Source: Vulcanimicrobiota bacterium (GTDB lineage: Bacteria; Vulcanimicrobiota; Vulcanimicrobiia; Vulcanimicrobiales; Vulcanimicrobiaceae). From it: a DNA stretch of 64,000 nt. The stretch lies in contig JACRTY010000056.1 of assembly GCA_014305025.1 (NCBI GenBank), positions 12,780 to 76,779 on the forward strand, written 5' to 3'. The translations under genes were made by a program, and so were the position numbers. Of this stretch, positions 56,945 through 64,000 are shown one piece after another. Position 1 is the stretch's first letter. Every line of letters starts with the position of its first letter. The notes beneath the pieces were generated by a model. It had not been told where the DNA came from and searched no databases. It was given only the letters and a program-made list of their open reading frames with translations.

Positions 56945-58401
56945 GCCCGGCCGTCTAAAATGCACGTCACCGCCTGGCCTACGTCGCGAGCGACGAGCGG
57001 GGCTTGCGCGAGTTCAGCGGGCAAGGTGAGCGGCGTCGGAACGAGGATGGCACGAGCGCCCGCTGCCGCAGCGGCCGCAACGTCGCTGCCGATGTCGCCC
57101 ACGACGATGCAGTCGCGCGGGTCGCAACCGACCGTTGAGGCCGCCGCCAGAATCAAACCCGGCTGCGGTTTGCGACACCCGCACCCGGCAGCCGCGGGAT
57201 GGGTGCAACTTTGGATCGTCGCAAACGGGCCGCCCAGTTCGGTGAGGCGCCCGTGCAGGGCCGACAGTTCGTGCGGCGTGAGCCGCCCTTCCCCGACCGC
57301 CGGCTGATTGGTCACGATGCCGACGGCGATGCCGGCGTCGCGCAACCGGTCGAGCGCCGCGCGCGCTCCGGGCATCAGGCGTACGTGCGCCGGCTCACGC
57401 AAGTCCGGTTCGTCGACGACGAGCGTTCCGTCGCGATCGAATAGCACGGCGCACGGCAGTCGATGCGTTCGCCGGAGGGTTCGCCAAAGGCGAGCGCGGC
57501 CACGCGCGCGGTGATACACTGCGGCGAACGGAATCGCGGCGCTCGTGGCCAGCATCGTCGCGATCTCGCGGGCATCGCGCGGACCCGGCGCAATGCGTTC
57601 CCACGCGAAGCGCAGCGTTGCAAGAAGCCACGCGGTCGCGCAGCCCAGCGCTGCACAGCCGAACGCGACCGTCGTCACGTGGTGCCGAAAGCGACCGCGC
57701 GGAATGCCCGCACATTGCCGCCACGCTCGCCCGTGCAGCGCCTCCATCAGGGCGTCGTCGGCGTTGCCGGCCTGCAAACGCACGCTGATCCACGGGCCGG
57801 CGCCCCGCACCGGATGTTCGCTGCAGCGCGTGCCGACCGCGATCATGCGCCCCCGGGCGAACAGACGCAACGCCAACTCCGCGTCCTCGCGATATGCGCG
57901 CGGAAAGCGTTCGTCGAAGCCGTCGACCGCACGCAGGTCGGCGCGGCGATAGGCGCAATCGGCGGTGATCCAGCGTGAACGTTCGAGCGCACCGACGTTG
58001 CGTTCCCAATCGGTGGGACGCCGATCGGTCGGGAGCGGTACGCGAACTCGCCCCTGCGTGCCGGCCGTCGCTTCGTCGCACGCCTGCAGATCGGCTGCGA
58101 GCTTACGGCGCCAGGCCGCCTCGACGACGACGTCATCGTCGAGAAATGCGATCCACGGCGCCTGCGAACGGCGCCAGCCGCGATTGCGCGCGCCGGCCGG
58201 TCCCGCGCCTGCAGCGGCGACGATGCGGATGCGTTCGCCCAGTTCACCGAGTTCCCCGAGCCTCAAGTCGGACGACCGCTCGCGGCGGTCGTCGACGACG
58301 AACACGCGACCCGGCAGCGGTCCGTCGGCGCGCGCCAGCGACGTGAGAAGCTGCCCGAGCGACGGACGCCCGATGGTCGGAATGACCACGTCGTAATTCA
58401 C
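56941..58401 (-). CDS. Fusion protein: family 2 glycosyltransferase + HAD phosphatase of GmhB type
   Basis: GTG 58401 in a GTGA overlap. VNYDVVIPTIGRP...AFLDDDV (GT2). C-terminal half AVLFDRDGTLVVDEP...TNQPAVG...CGCRKPQPGL...VGDIGSD (DxDxT HAD with the GmhB-like CxCRKP motif). Confidence 0.75.
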   Translation of the reverse strand: MNYDVVIPTIGRPSLGQLLTSLARADGPLPGRVFVVDDRRERSSDLRLGELGELGERIRIVAAAGAGPAGARNRGWRRSQAPWIAFLDDDVVVEAAWRRKLAADLQACDEATAGTQGRVRVPLPTDRRPTDWERNVGALERSRWITADCAYRRADLRAVDGFDERFPRAYREDAELALRLFARGRMIAVGTRCSEHPVRGAGPWISVRLQAGNADDALMEALHGRAWRQCAGIPRGRFRHHVTTVAFGCAALGCATAWLLATLRFAWERIAPGPRDAREIATMLATSAAIPFAAVYHRARGRARLWRTLRRTHRLPCAVLFDRDGTLVVDEPDLREPAHVRLMPGARAALDRLRDAGIAVGIVTNQPAVGEGRLTPHELSALHGRLTELGGPFATIQSCTHPAAAGCGCRKPQPGLILAAASTVGCDPRDCIVVGDIGSDVAAAAAAGARAILVPTPLTLPAELAQAPLVARDVGQAVTCILDGRA

Positions 58402-60041
58402 GCGGCGGCGACGAGCGCAGCACGCCGGGCCAACAAAAACGGACCGAGCGCGAGCGCGTCGACCGGCGTCGAGCCGAACAGTTCCAGCACGTCGCGCGGT
58501 TCGTCGACGATCGGCCGTCCGGCGGTATTGAGGCTCGTGTTGACGAGCACCGGCAACCCGGTGCGCCGCTCGAAGGCGCGCAGCACCGCGGCCATCAGCG
58601 GCTCTTCGGCGGCGTCGACGGTCTGCACGCGCGCGCTGCCGTCGACGTGAGTCACCGTCGGAATGCGTGCGCGCCATGCTTCCCGCACGCCGTGCGTGAA
58701 CAACATGTACGGGCTCGGCAGCGGCCCGGTGAAAATGTCCGCCGCCCGTTCGGCCAAGACCATCGGGGCGACCGGGCGGAATTGTTCGCGACCTTTGACG
58801 TCATTGAGGCGGCGCAGATTGTCGGGATAACCCGGATGCGCGAGCAGACTGCGGTGTCCCAGCGCTCGCGGCCCGAATTCGCTGCGCCCCTGGAACCACG
58901 CCACCAAGCCGTTGCCGGCAAGCACGGCCGCGACCGCTTCGGCTAGATCGTCGGGCGTCTCGTAGCGCAGGTCGGCGACGTCCAACTGCGCGCGCAACGC
59001 CGCCGCATCCCAGGCGCGTCCGAGCGCCGCCGTTCGCATCGGCGCAATGCGTTCGCCGTGTTGCGCGGCGACGTACAGAGCGGCACCGAGCGACGTTCCG
59101 GAATCGCCCGCAGCCGGCTGCACCCAAATGCGTTTGAACGGCCCGTGCTCCGCGAGGTAGGAGTTGGCGACGCAGTTGAGGGCGACGCCGCCGGAGAGCG
59201 TCAGGTTCCGCTCGCCTGTCTGCGCGTGCAGTTCGCGCGCAATGTTCAGCAGTATGTCTTGCAGTCGCCCTTGCACGCTCGCCGCAAGGTCGGCGTGCTC
59301 GGGCGTGAATCCCTCGTCGTCGGCTGCGCGGGGCCTGCAATAGGCGTTAAAATCGAGCGGCGGTGCGTAGTACCGCAGACCATCGGCGTGCATGGCTTCG
59401 CGCAAGCGCGCGGCATAGCGTGGGATACCGTATGCCGCCAGGCCCATCACCTTATATTCATCCGACGAGCGCAGGAAGCCCAGGTGCACGGTCAAGTCCT
59501 CGTAGCGCAGCCCGAGCGAGTGCGGCAGGGCAACGGTCGCCAGCGTTTCGAGGCGGCCGTCGCGCACCCGTCCCGCGAGAAACGATCCACGCTCGCCGCG
59601 GCCGTCGAGGGCCATGGTGGCGCACGACGGAAACGGCGCGCACAGATACGCCGAGGCGGCGTGCGCGACATGATGCGGCACGTAGCGCACCTTGGCGTGA
59701 TCGAAACCGCCGAAGAGGGTGGCGAGGAAGTGCGGCAGCCGGCGCACGTAATAGGTGCGTAAACCTTCGTAGGCATTGACGACCAAGTCGTCGCTTTCTT
59801 CCGCGAGCGCCGGATCGTACGAGTAGGCGACGGCGTCGAGTTGCCCGGGGGTGATGCCGCCTTCGGCCAGACACCACGCCATCGCGCGCTCCGGCAATTC
59901 CCAAGCGGAGAATGGCACGCAGTCTTTGGCGTGCTTGCGGCGCGTGAAGCGCTCTTCCTCGGCTGCAGCCACGATCTCGCCGTCGACGACCAGCGCCGCC
60001 GACGAATCGTGGAAGACGGCATTGATGCCGAGCACGCGCAT
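58398..60041 (-). CDS. Carbamoyltransferase (NodU/CmcH family)
   Basis: ATG 60041. MRVLGINAVFHDSSAALVVDGEIVAAAEEERFTRRKH is the family N-terminus. 547 aa. Confidence 0.85.
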   Translation of the reverse strand: MRVLGINAVFHDSSAALVVDGEIVAAAEEERFTRRKHAKDCVPFSAWELPERAMAWCLAEGGITPGQLDAVAYSYDPALAEESDDLVVNAYEGLRTYYVRRLPHFLATLFGGFDHAKVRYVPHHVAHAASAYLCAPFPSCATMALDGRGERGSFLAGRVRDGRLETLATVALPHSLGLRYEDLTVHLGFLRSSDEYKVMGLAAYGIPRYAARLREAMHADGLRYYAPPLDFNAYCRPRAADDEGFTPEHADLAASVQGRLQDILLNIARELHAQTGERNLTLSGGVALNCVANSYLAEHGPFKRIWVQPAAGDSGTSLGAALYVAAQHGERIAPMRTAALGRAWDAAALRAQLDVADLRYETPDDLAEAVAAVLAGNGLVAWFQGRSEFGPRALGHRSLLAHPGYPDNLRRLNDVKGREQFRPVAPMVLAERAADIFTGPLPSPYMLFTHGVREAWRARIPTVTHVDGSARVQTVDAAEEPLMAAVLRAFERRTGLPVLVNTSLNTAGRPIVDEPRDVLELFGSTPVDALALGPFLLARRAALVAAA

Positions 60042-60205
60042 GCCCGTCGCGTTTCCGCGGTTCTCCCCCCGAAACACGCTCGGCTGCTTGCCCTGGGAGA
60101 CATCGGCTCTGCTCAGAACCAAAACGATGGCGGTTTGGTAAGCAAGCATGTTTCCCGCGCCATTCCTGCGCGCACGAAGGGGCGCGAGAAGGCAAGGAGA
60201 GCATT

Positions 60206-60925
60206 GTGTTCGCAACGGAAATTGCAGAGGGCCGCGCGCCGGCGGCCACGCTCGAGCGGGTCATCGTGAGCGGCGGCGGTTCGGGCTTGGGTCGTGCCGC
60301 CATCGAACGGATCGGCGCCGCCGGCGGTCGGGCGTTTTCATTCGATCTCAAAAACGAAGACGGAGTCGACGCGGCGCCCGTGGACGTGAGCGACCGCGCC
60401 TGCGTCGAACGCGCCGTCGGGCGCTTCGTCGATCGGCACGGTGCGCCGACCGCCGTCGTGACCTGTGCGGGCATCGACGCATGCGGTCCCTTCGGAAGCG
60501 TCGCCGCGGATGCGTGGGAGCGGGTGATTGCCGTCAACCTGCTCGGAACCGCAGCGCTCGTGCGCGCGGCCCTACCGTACCTTGAAAAGAACCGGGGGCG
60601 CATCGTCACGGTCGCATCGACCCTCGGATTGCGCGCCGTTTCCGATGCGACCGCCTATTGCGCGAGCAAATTCGGCGTCATCGGTTTTTCCCGCGCGCTC
60701 GCCGCCGAATTGAAGGACCGGGTCGGCGTCACGTGTTTGATTCCCGGCGGCATGCATACGAACTTCTTCGAAGGCCGCACCCAGCAGTACCGTCCGCCTG
60801 CCGACTGGAAAGCCAATCAGCCGGCCGACGTCGCCACGGCCATCGTCTTCGCGCTCACCCAGCCGCCGGGCTGCGAGGTGCGCGAGATGGTCGTCTGTCC
60901 GGCCAACGAATCGTCCTGGCCGTGA
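60206..60925 (+). CDS. Short-chain dehydrogenase/reductase (SDR)
   Basis: GTG after AAGGAG. VSGGGSGLG glycine motif. ASTLG...YCASK catalytic motif. Confidence 0.85.
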   Translation: MFATEIAEGRAPAATLERVIVSGGGSGLGRAAIERIGAAGGRAFSFDLKNEDGVDAAPVDVSDRACVERAVGRFVDRHGAPTAVVTCAGIDACGPFGSVAADAWERVIAVNLLGTAALVRAALPYLEKNRGRIVTVASTLGLRAVSDATAYCASKFGVIGFSRALAAELKDRVGVTCLIPGGMHTNFFEGRTQQYRPPADWKANQPADVATAIVFALTQPPGCEVREMVVCPANESSWP

Positions 60926-61000
60926 CCTTAGGCACCGTGCACGTCTGCGCCAGGCGCCCAAGCGTGTTTGGAGATGCGGCGCGGGTGTCAGAACGCGGGC

Positions 61001-61336
61001 ATGAAAGCTGTAGTGTGGCACGACGATCCGCGATCAATACGATGCGATCGTCCGCTCGACGGCGAGCGCGATTTGCGGCACGGACTTGCGATCATCGGCG
61101 TGTATCCGAATGAGGGCGAACGCCTTTCCGATCGGTGCGGCCTTCAATCGCAATGTCACCGTACGCATGGGGAACTGCAATCACCGCGCCTACGAGCCGA
61201 AACTCGTTGGCCTCGTGGCCTCGTGATGGGTGCGCTCGACGCGTACGCCGCCTTCGATGTGCGCGACCCCGGTTGGATCAAGGTCGGGCTCGATCCACAG
61301 GCAGCCGCGACGACGCGCCCCGGCGTGCCGGCATGA
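61001..61336 (+). pseudogene. Zn-dependent alcohol/formaldehyde dehydrogenase pseudogene with a large internal deletion and frameshifts
   Basis: Starts MKAVVWHDDPRSIR. A second frame gives DAIVRSTASAICGTDL joined directly to FPIGAAFNRNVTVRMGNCNHRAYEPKLVGLVAS. A third frame gives GALDAYAAFDVRDPGWIKVGLDP. Compare the intact paralog at 62131. Confidence 0.6.
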
Positions 61337-61491
61337 ACGGCGACGACGACTCTCCCGATCCGCGGGAACGTGGTCCCCTGCCCTCGCAAGACGTCGATCC
61401 GGCTGCGGGGACGAGCGATGATCCGCGCGTCGATCCGACGCCCGATCGCCGCCATACCGACGACGCGGACGGCGGCACGCGCGACCTTTAG
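61333..61491 (+). CDS. 52-aa acidic Asp/Pro-rich small protein (paralog of 61849..62007)
   Basis: MNGDDDSPDPRERGPLPSQDVDPAAGTSDDPRVDPTPDRRHTDDADGGTRDL. G/C-rich third positions. The stop is followed at 1 nt by a perfect hairpin. Confidence 0.4.
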   Translation: MNGDDDSPDPRERGPLPSQDVDPAAGTSDDPRVDPTPDRRHTDDADGGTRDL

Positions 61492-61525
61492 CGATGGTAC
61501 CGTAGCAAGAGCTACGGTACCATCG
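61492..61525. terminator. Perfect 15-bp stem hairpin between convergent small genes
   Basis: cgatggtaccgtagc - aaga - gctacggtaccatcg. No U-tract on either side. Confidence 0.5.
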
Positions 61526-61584
61526 TGGACCTTCAACGATGCTAAGGTACTGTAGTGCCCGAAATACCATAGTCGAGTATTACG

Positions 61585-61785
61585 TCAGTAACGCGGCGAC
61601 GGACCGACGCTGGTCGCCGGTGCGGGGCTGTGCAAGCTTCCTGCCGGCCGCGGGTTCTGATTTCGCTTGCCGTAGATGACGGCGATGATCACGGCGACGA
61701 TGACGATCGCGCCGAGAATGATGGCGTAGAGCACGACCGGCGGATTACGACGCGTTCCGGTCGGGTCGGGAGGCGGGGTTGACAT
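61585..61785 (-). CDS. Single-pass mini membrane protein
   Basis: 66 aa. PPVVLYAIILGAIVIVAVIIAVIYGKRN helix flanked by Pro-rich ends. Confidence 0.45.
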   Translation of the reverse strand: MSTPPPDPTGTRRNPPVVLYAIILGAIVIVAVIIAVIYGKRNQNPRPAGSLHSPAPATSVGPSPRY

Positions 61786-61848
61786 GCACGGATGCGACTA
61801 CCCAACCGGGCGTGGCTCGAATCTGAACCAGCGGGTACAGTTGGGCGC

Positions 61849-62007
61849 ATGGAAGAGAAGATCGAACCGGGCCGGCCCAAGGCTGCGGACGTCCAAGAGA
61901 ACCTCGCTGCGGGCGACAGCATCATGGAAGACGACCTGACCGAAGAGCGCGATCCCACGCCGCAGCAGCGTTCGGACGGCGCCGATCGCACGCACCTCGA
62001 CCCGTAG
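61849..62007 (+). CDS. 52-aa acidic small protein (paralog of 61333..61491)
   Basis: MEEKIEPGRPKAADVQENLAAGDSIMEDDLTEERDPTPQQRSDGADRTHLDP. Same length as the other copy and shares AAG..S..DD, DPTP and (G/D)AD segments. Confidence 0.4.
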   Translation: MEEKIEPGRPKAADVQENLAAGDSIMEDDLTEERDPTPQQRSDGADRTHLDP

Positions 62008-62130
62008 GGCTTTCGACCGCGTCGAATCTCCTGCGTTGGGCCTGCGGCCGATCCGGCCGGCCGAAGCCCGAGCCACTCCAAGCGCCCCCCGCGTAAGGGG
62101 CCGGCGGCTTCGAGTCCGTAGTCACGCGCC

Positions 62131-63171
62131 ATGAAAGCAACGGTGTTTCATGGCAAGGGCGACGTGCGGGTCGAAAACGTTCCCGATGCGGCGGTGGTGC
62201 GGCCGAGCGACGCGGTCGTGCGCGTGACGCATGCCTGCGTGTGCGGTTCGGACCTCTGGTTCTACCGCGGCGACGCGCCGTGGGAACCGGGCTGGCGCAC
62301 CGGGCACGAATTCATGGGCGTCATCGAAGAGGCCGGTGCCGGCGTACGGACGCTGAAAAAGGGAGACCACGTCTTCGCGCCGTTCGCGTATTCCGACGGA
62401 ACCTGTGAATTCTGCCGCAAAGGCTTGCAGACGTCGTGTCTCGGCGGCGGGTATTGGGGCGGCGCCGACAACGACGGCGGGCAGGGCGAGGCGGTGCGTG
62501 CGCCGCTGGCCGACGCGACCCTCGTGAAACTTCCGGCCGAGGTCGCAAACGACGAAAAACTGCTGAGGGCAATTTTGCCGCTGACCGACGTGATGGGAAC
62601 CGGTCATCACGCCGCGCTGTGCGCCGGCGTGAAGCCCGGCGCGACGGTCGCGGTCGTCGGTGACGGCGCGGTCGGACTGTGCGGGGTTCTGGCCGCGCGA
62701 CGCTTGGGTGCGGCACGAATCATTCTCTTCGGGCGCCATCCCGACCGCATCGCCGTCGCAGCCGAATTCGGCGCAACGGAAGTCGTGCAGGAACGCGGAA
62801 CCGATGCCGTCGCGCGCGCCCTCGACATGACCGCCGGCGGCCCGGACGCCGTCCTCGAGTGCGTCGGCAATGAAGGGTCGATGGCAATGGCCACCGGCAT
62901 GTGCCGCCCCGGCGGCGCGGTCGGCTACGTCGGCGTGCCGTACGGGGCCCAACAGGGACTGGACTTGCGCCGCATGTTCGGGGAGAACATCGCGTTGCGC
63001 GGCGGGGTGGCGCCGGTGCGCGCCTACGCGGAGGAACTTCTCGCCGACGTGCTCGCCGGAAAACTCGATCCGTCGCCGGTCTTCGATCTGACCGTGGGGC
63101 TCGACGACGTTCCGCGCGGCTATGCGGCGATGGATGCGCGTGAGGCGATCAAGGTGATGGTAAAGCTGTGA
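62131..63171 (+). CDS. Zn-dependent alcohol dehydrogenase family (formaldehyde-dehydrogenase-like)
   Basis: 346 aa. MKATVFHGKGDVRVENVPDA...VTHACVCGSDLWFYRG...GHEFMGVIEE...VVGDGAVGL. Confidence 0.85.
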   Translation: MKATVFHGKGDVRVENVPDAAVVRPSDAVVRVTHACVCGSDLWFYRGDAPWEPGWRTGHEFMGVIEEAGAGVRTLKKGDHVFAPFAYSDGTCEFCRKGLQTSCLGGGYWGGADNDGGQGEAVRAPLADATLVKLPAEVANDEKLLRAILPLTDVMGTGHHAALCAGVKPGATVAVVGDGAVGLCGVLAARRLGAARIILFGRHPDRIAVAAEFGATEVVQERGTDAVARALDMTAGGPDAVLECVGNEGSMAMATGMCRPGGAVGYVGVPYGAQQGLDLRRMFGENIALRGGVAPVRAYAEELLADVLAGKLDPSPVFDLTVGLDDVPRGYAAMDAREAIKVMVKL

Positions 63172-64000
63172 AGCAGCCGGCTCGCTATGCCTTTGGGCTG
63201 CTGCTGGCGTCGCTGCTGCTGAGCGCAGGCTGTGCGCGCGTCGGGACGCAGTCGGCGACGACTAGCGGTCACCCGTGGACGCGTCACGGCCTCCTGCGCA
63301 TCGTCAACGTCACGGAGCCCGACACGCTCAATCCGGTGGTCGGCGCCGAGGCGACCGATTCCGACCTGGCCTTCTTGTGGGCCGGATTCTTGTTCGACTG
63401 GAGCGACCGCAACGCGTTCGTCCCCGACCTCGCGACCGAGGTACCGACCCTGCGCAACGGCGGCGTCAGCGCCGACGGCAAGACGATCGTGTATCACCTG
63501 CGGCCCGGCGTGCTGTGGCAGGATGGCATGCCCTTCACCGCCGACGACGTCATCTTCACGTGGCACGCGGTCATGAACAAGAACAACAACGTGTCCAGCA
63601 CCGTCGGCTACGATCTCATCACGTCGATCGACAAGCGTGACGATTATACGATCGCCGTTCACCTGCGCCGACCGTATGCGCCGTTCATCGCGACGTTCTT
63701 CGCCCCGTCGGCCTCTCCGTATCCGGTCCTACCGGCTCACCTGCTCGCGAAGTATCCCAACATCAACCAGATTCCGTTCAACAGCAAACCGGTCGGGACG
63801 GGGCCGTTCAGCGTCGAGCGCTGGCAGCGCGGCAGCAAGATCGTCTTTCGCGCGAATCCGCACTACTGGCGCGGGCGTCCAAAACTCGATCAGATCTGGT
63901 TCACGCCGGTTCCCGACGAGAACACGATCGTCACCCTATTGCAGTCGCACGAGGCGGATCTCGAGTATTACGGCGCGGCCGAGAACTTCCACCAGCTGTC
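63168..64000 (+). CDS. ABC-type substrate-binding protein, family 5, paralog 3 (3' end beyond the window)
   Basis: GTG 63168 in a GTGA overlap with the ADH stop. VKQPARYAFGLLLASLLLSAGC lipoprotein-like signal. DTLNPVVG...WAGFLFDWSDRNAFVPDLA...VLWQDGMPFTADDVIFTW. Not in the ORF track (no stop in the window). Confidence 0.85.
   Translation, partial: MKQPARYAFGLLLASLLLSAGCARVGTQSATTSGHPWTRHGLLRIVNVTEPDTLNPVVGAEATDSDLAFLWAGFLFDWSDRNAFVPDLATEVPTLRNGGVSADGKTIVYHLRPGVLWQDGMPFTADDVIFTWHAVMNKNNNVSSTVGYDLITSIDKRDDYTIAVHLRRPYAPFIATFFAPSASPYPVLPAHLLAKYPNINQIPFNSKPVGTGPFSVERWQRGSKIVFRANPHYWRGRPKLDQIWFTPVPDENTIVTLLQSHEADLEYYGAAENFHQL

Noticed and set aside
54693-60215. N-terminal extensions of the GT4, GT9, GT2-HAD and carbamoyltransferase ORFs as listed in the track
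   Set aside because: The extensions are Arg-rich and overlap the preceding gene by hundreds of nt. The family N-termini (VNIAMVSEH, MKRFLAIRQ, VNYDVVIPT, MRVLGINAV) coincide with 4-nt overlap starts or a clean ATG.

Overview
High-GC bacterial chromosomal segment, GC judged by eye. No rRNA, tRNA, CRISPR array, transposase or integrase was recognised. Genes are tightly packed, and many junctions share a 4-nt GTGA or ATGA start/stop overlap, which I used to re-call starts that the ORF track over-extends.

Layout:
- 1-14.6 kb: complete group 1h-type (Hhy, high-affinity) [NiFe]-hydrogenase locus. It has divergent hypBA, then hhyS-hhyL, a block of conserved uncharacterised genes, the endopeptidase, hypCDE, a tandem-SIS protein, a glutaredoxin-like protein and hypF.
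- 14.7-33 kb: secreted hydrolases, three orphan family-5 solute-binding paralogs, low-complexity secreted proteins (Gly/Tyr-rich; Gly/Asn-rich plus a WGxxGxxG tail), an NYN-cold-shock fusion, an S8 lipoprotein protease, a patch of gene fragments and a prolyl oligopeptidase.
- 33.3-38.1 kb: a Phd/VapC pair, then a stand-alone rpoC with no rpoB upstream.
- 38-43 kb: redoxin, membrane proteins and an SSS transporter.
- 43.5-46.3 kb: a visibly more AT-rich island carrying pseudogenes.
- 46.5-49.7 kb: a carotenoid glycoside-ester tailoring trio.
- 53.7-60 kb: a five-gene overlapping glycosylation operon (carbamoyltransferase, GT2::GmhB-like fusion, GT9, GT4, GT9).
- 61-64 kb: a deleted ADH pseudogene, two paralogous 52-aa acidic ORFs, an intact ADH and an SBP.

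Best candidates for new biology:
- the uncharacterised gene block inside the hydrogenase locus;
- the heptosyl/carbamoyl glyco-operon;
- the Gly/Asn-rich plus WGxxGxxG secreted pair;
- evidence that conserved genes (hypA, rpoC) start at ATT or CTG codons.

All family assignments come from motif recognition by eye, not from database searches.
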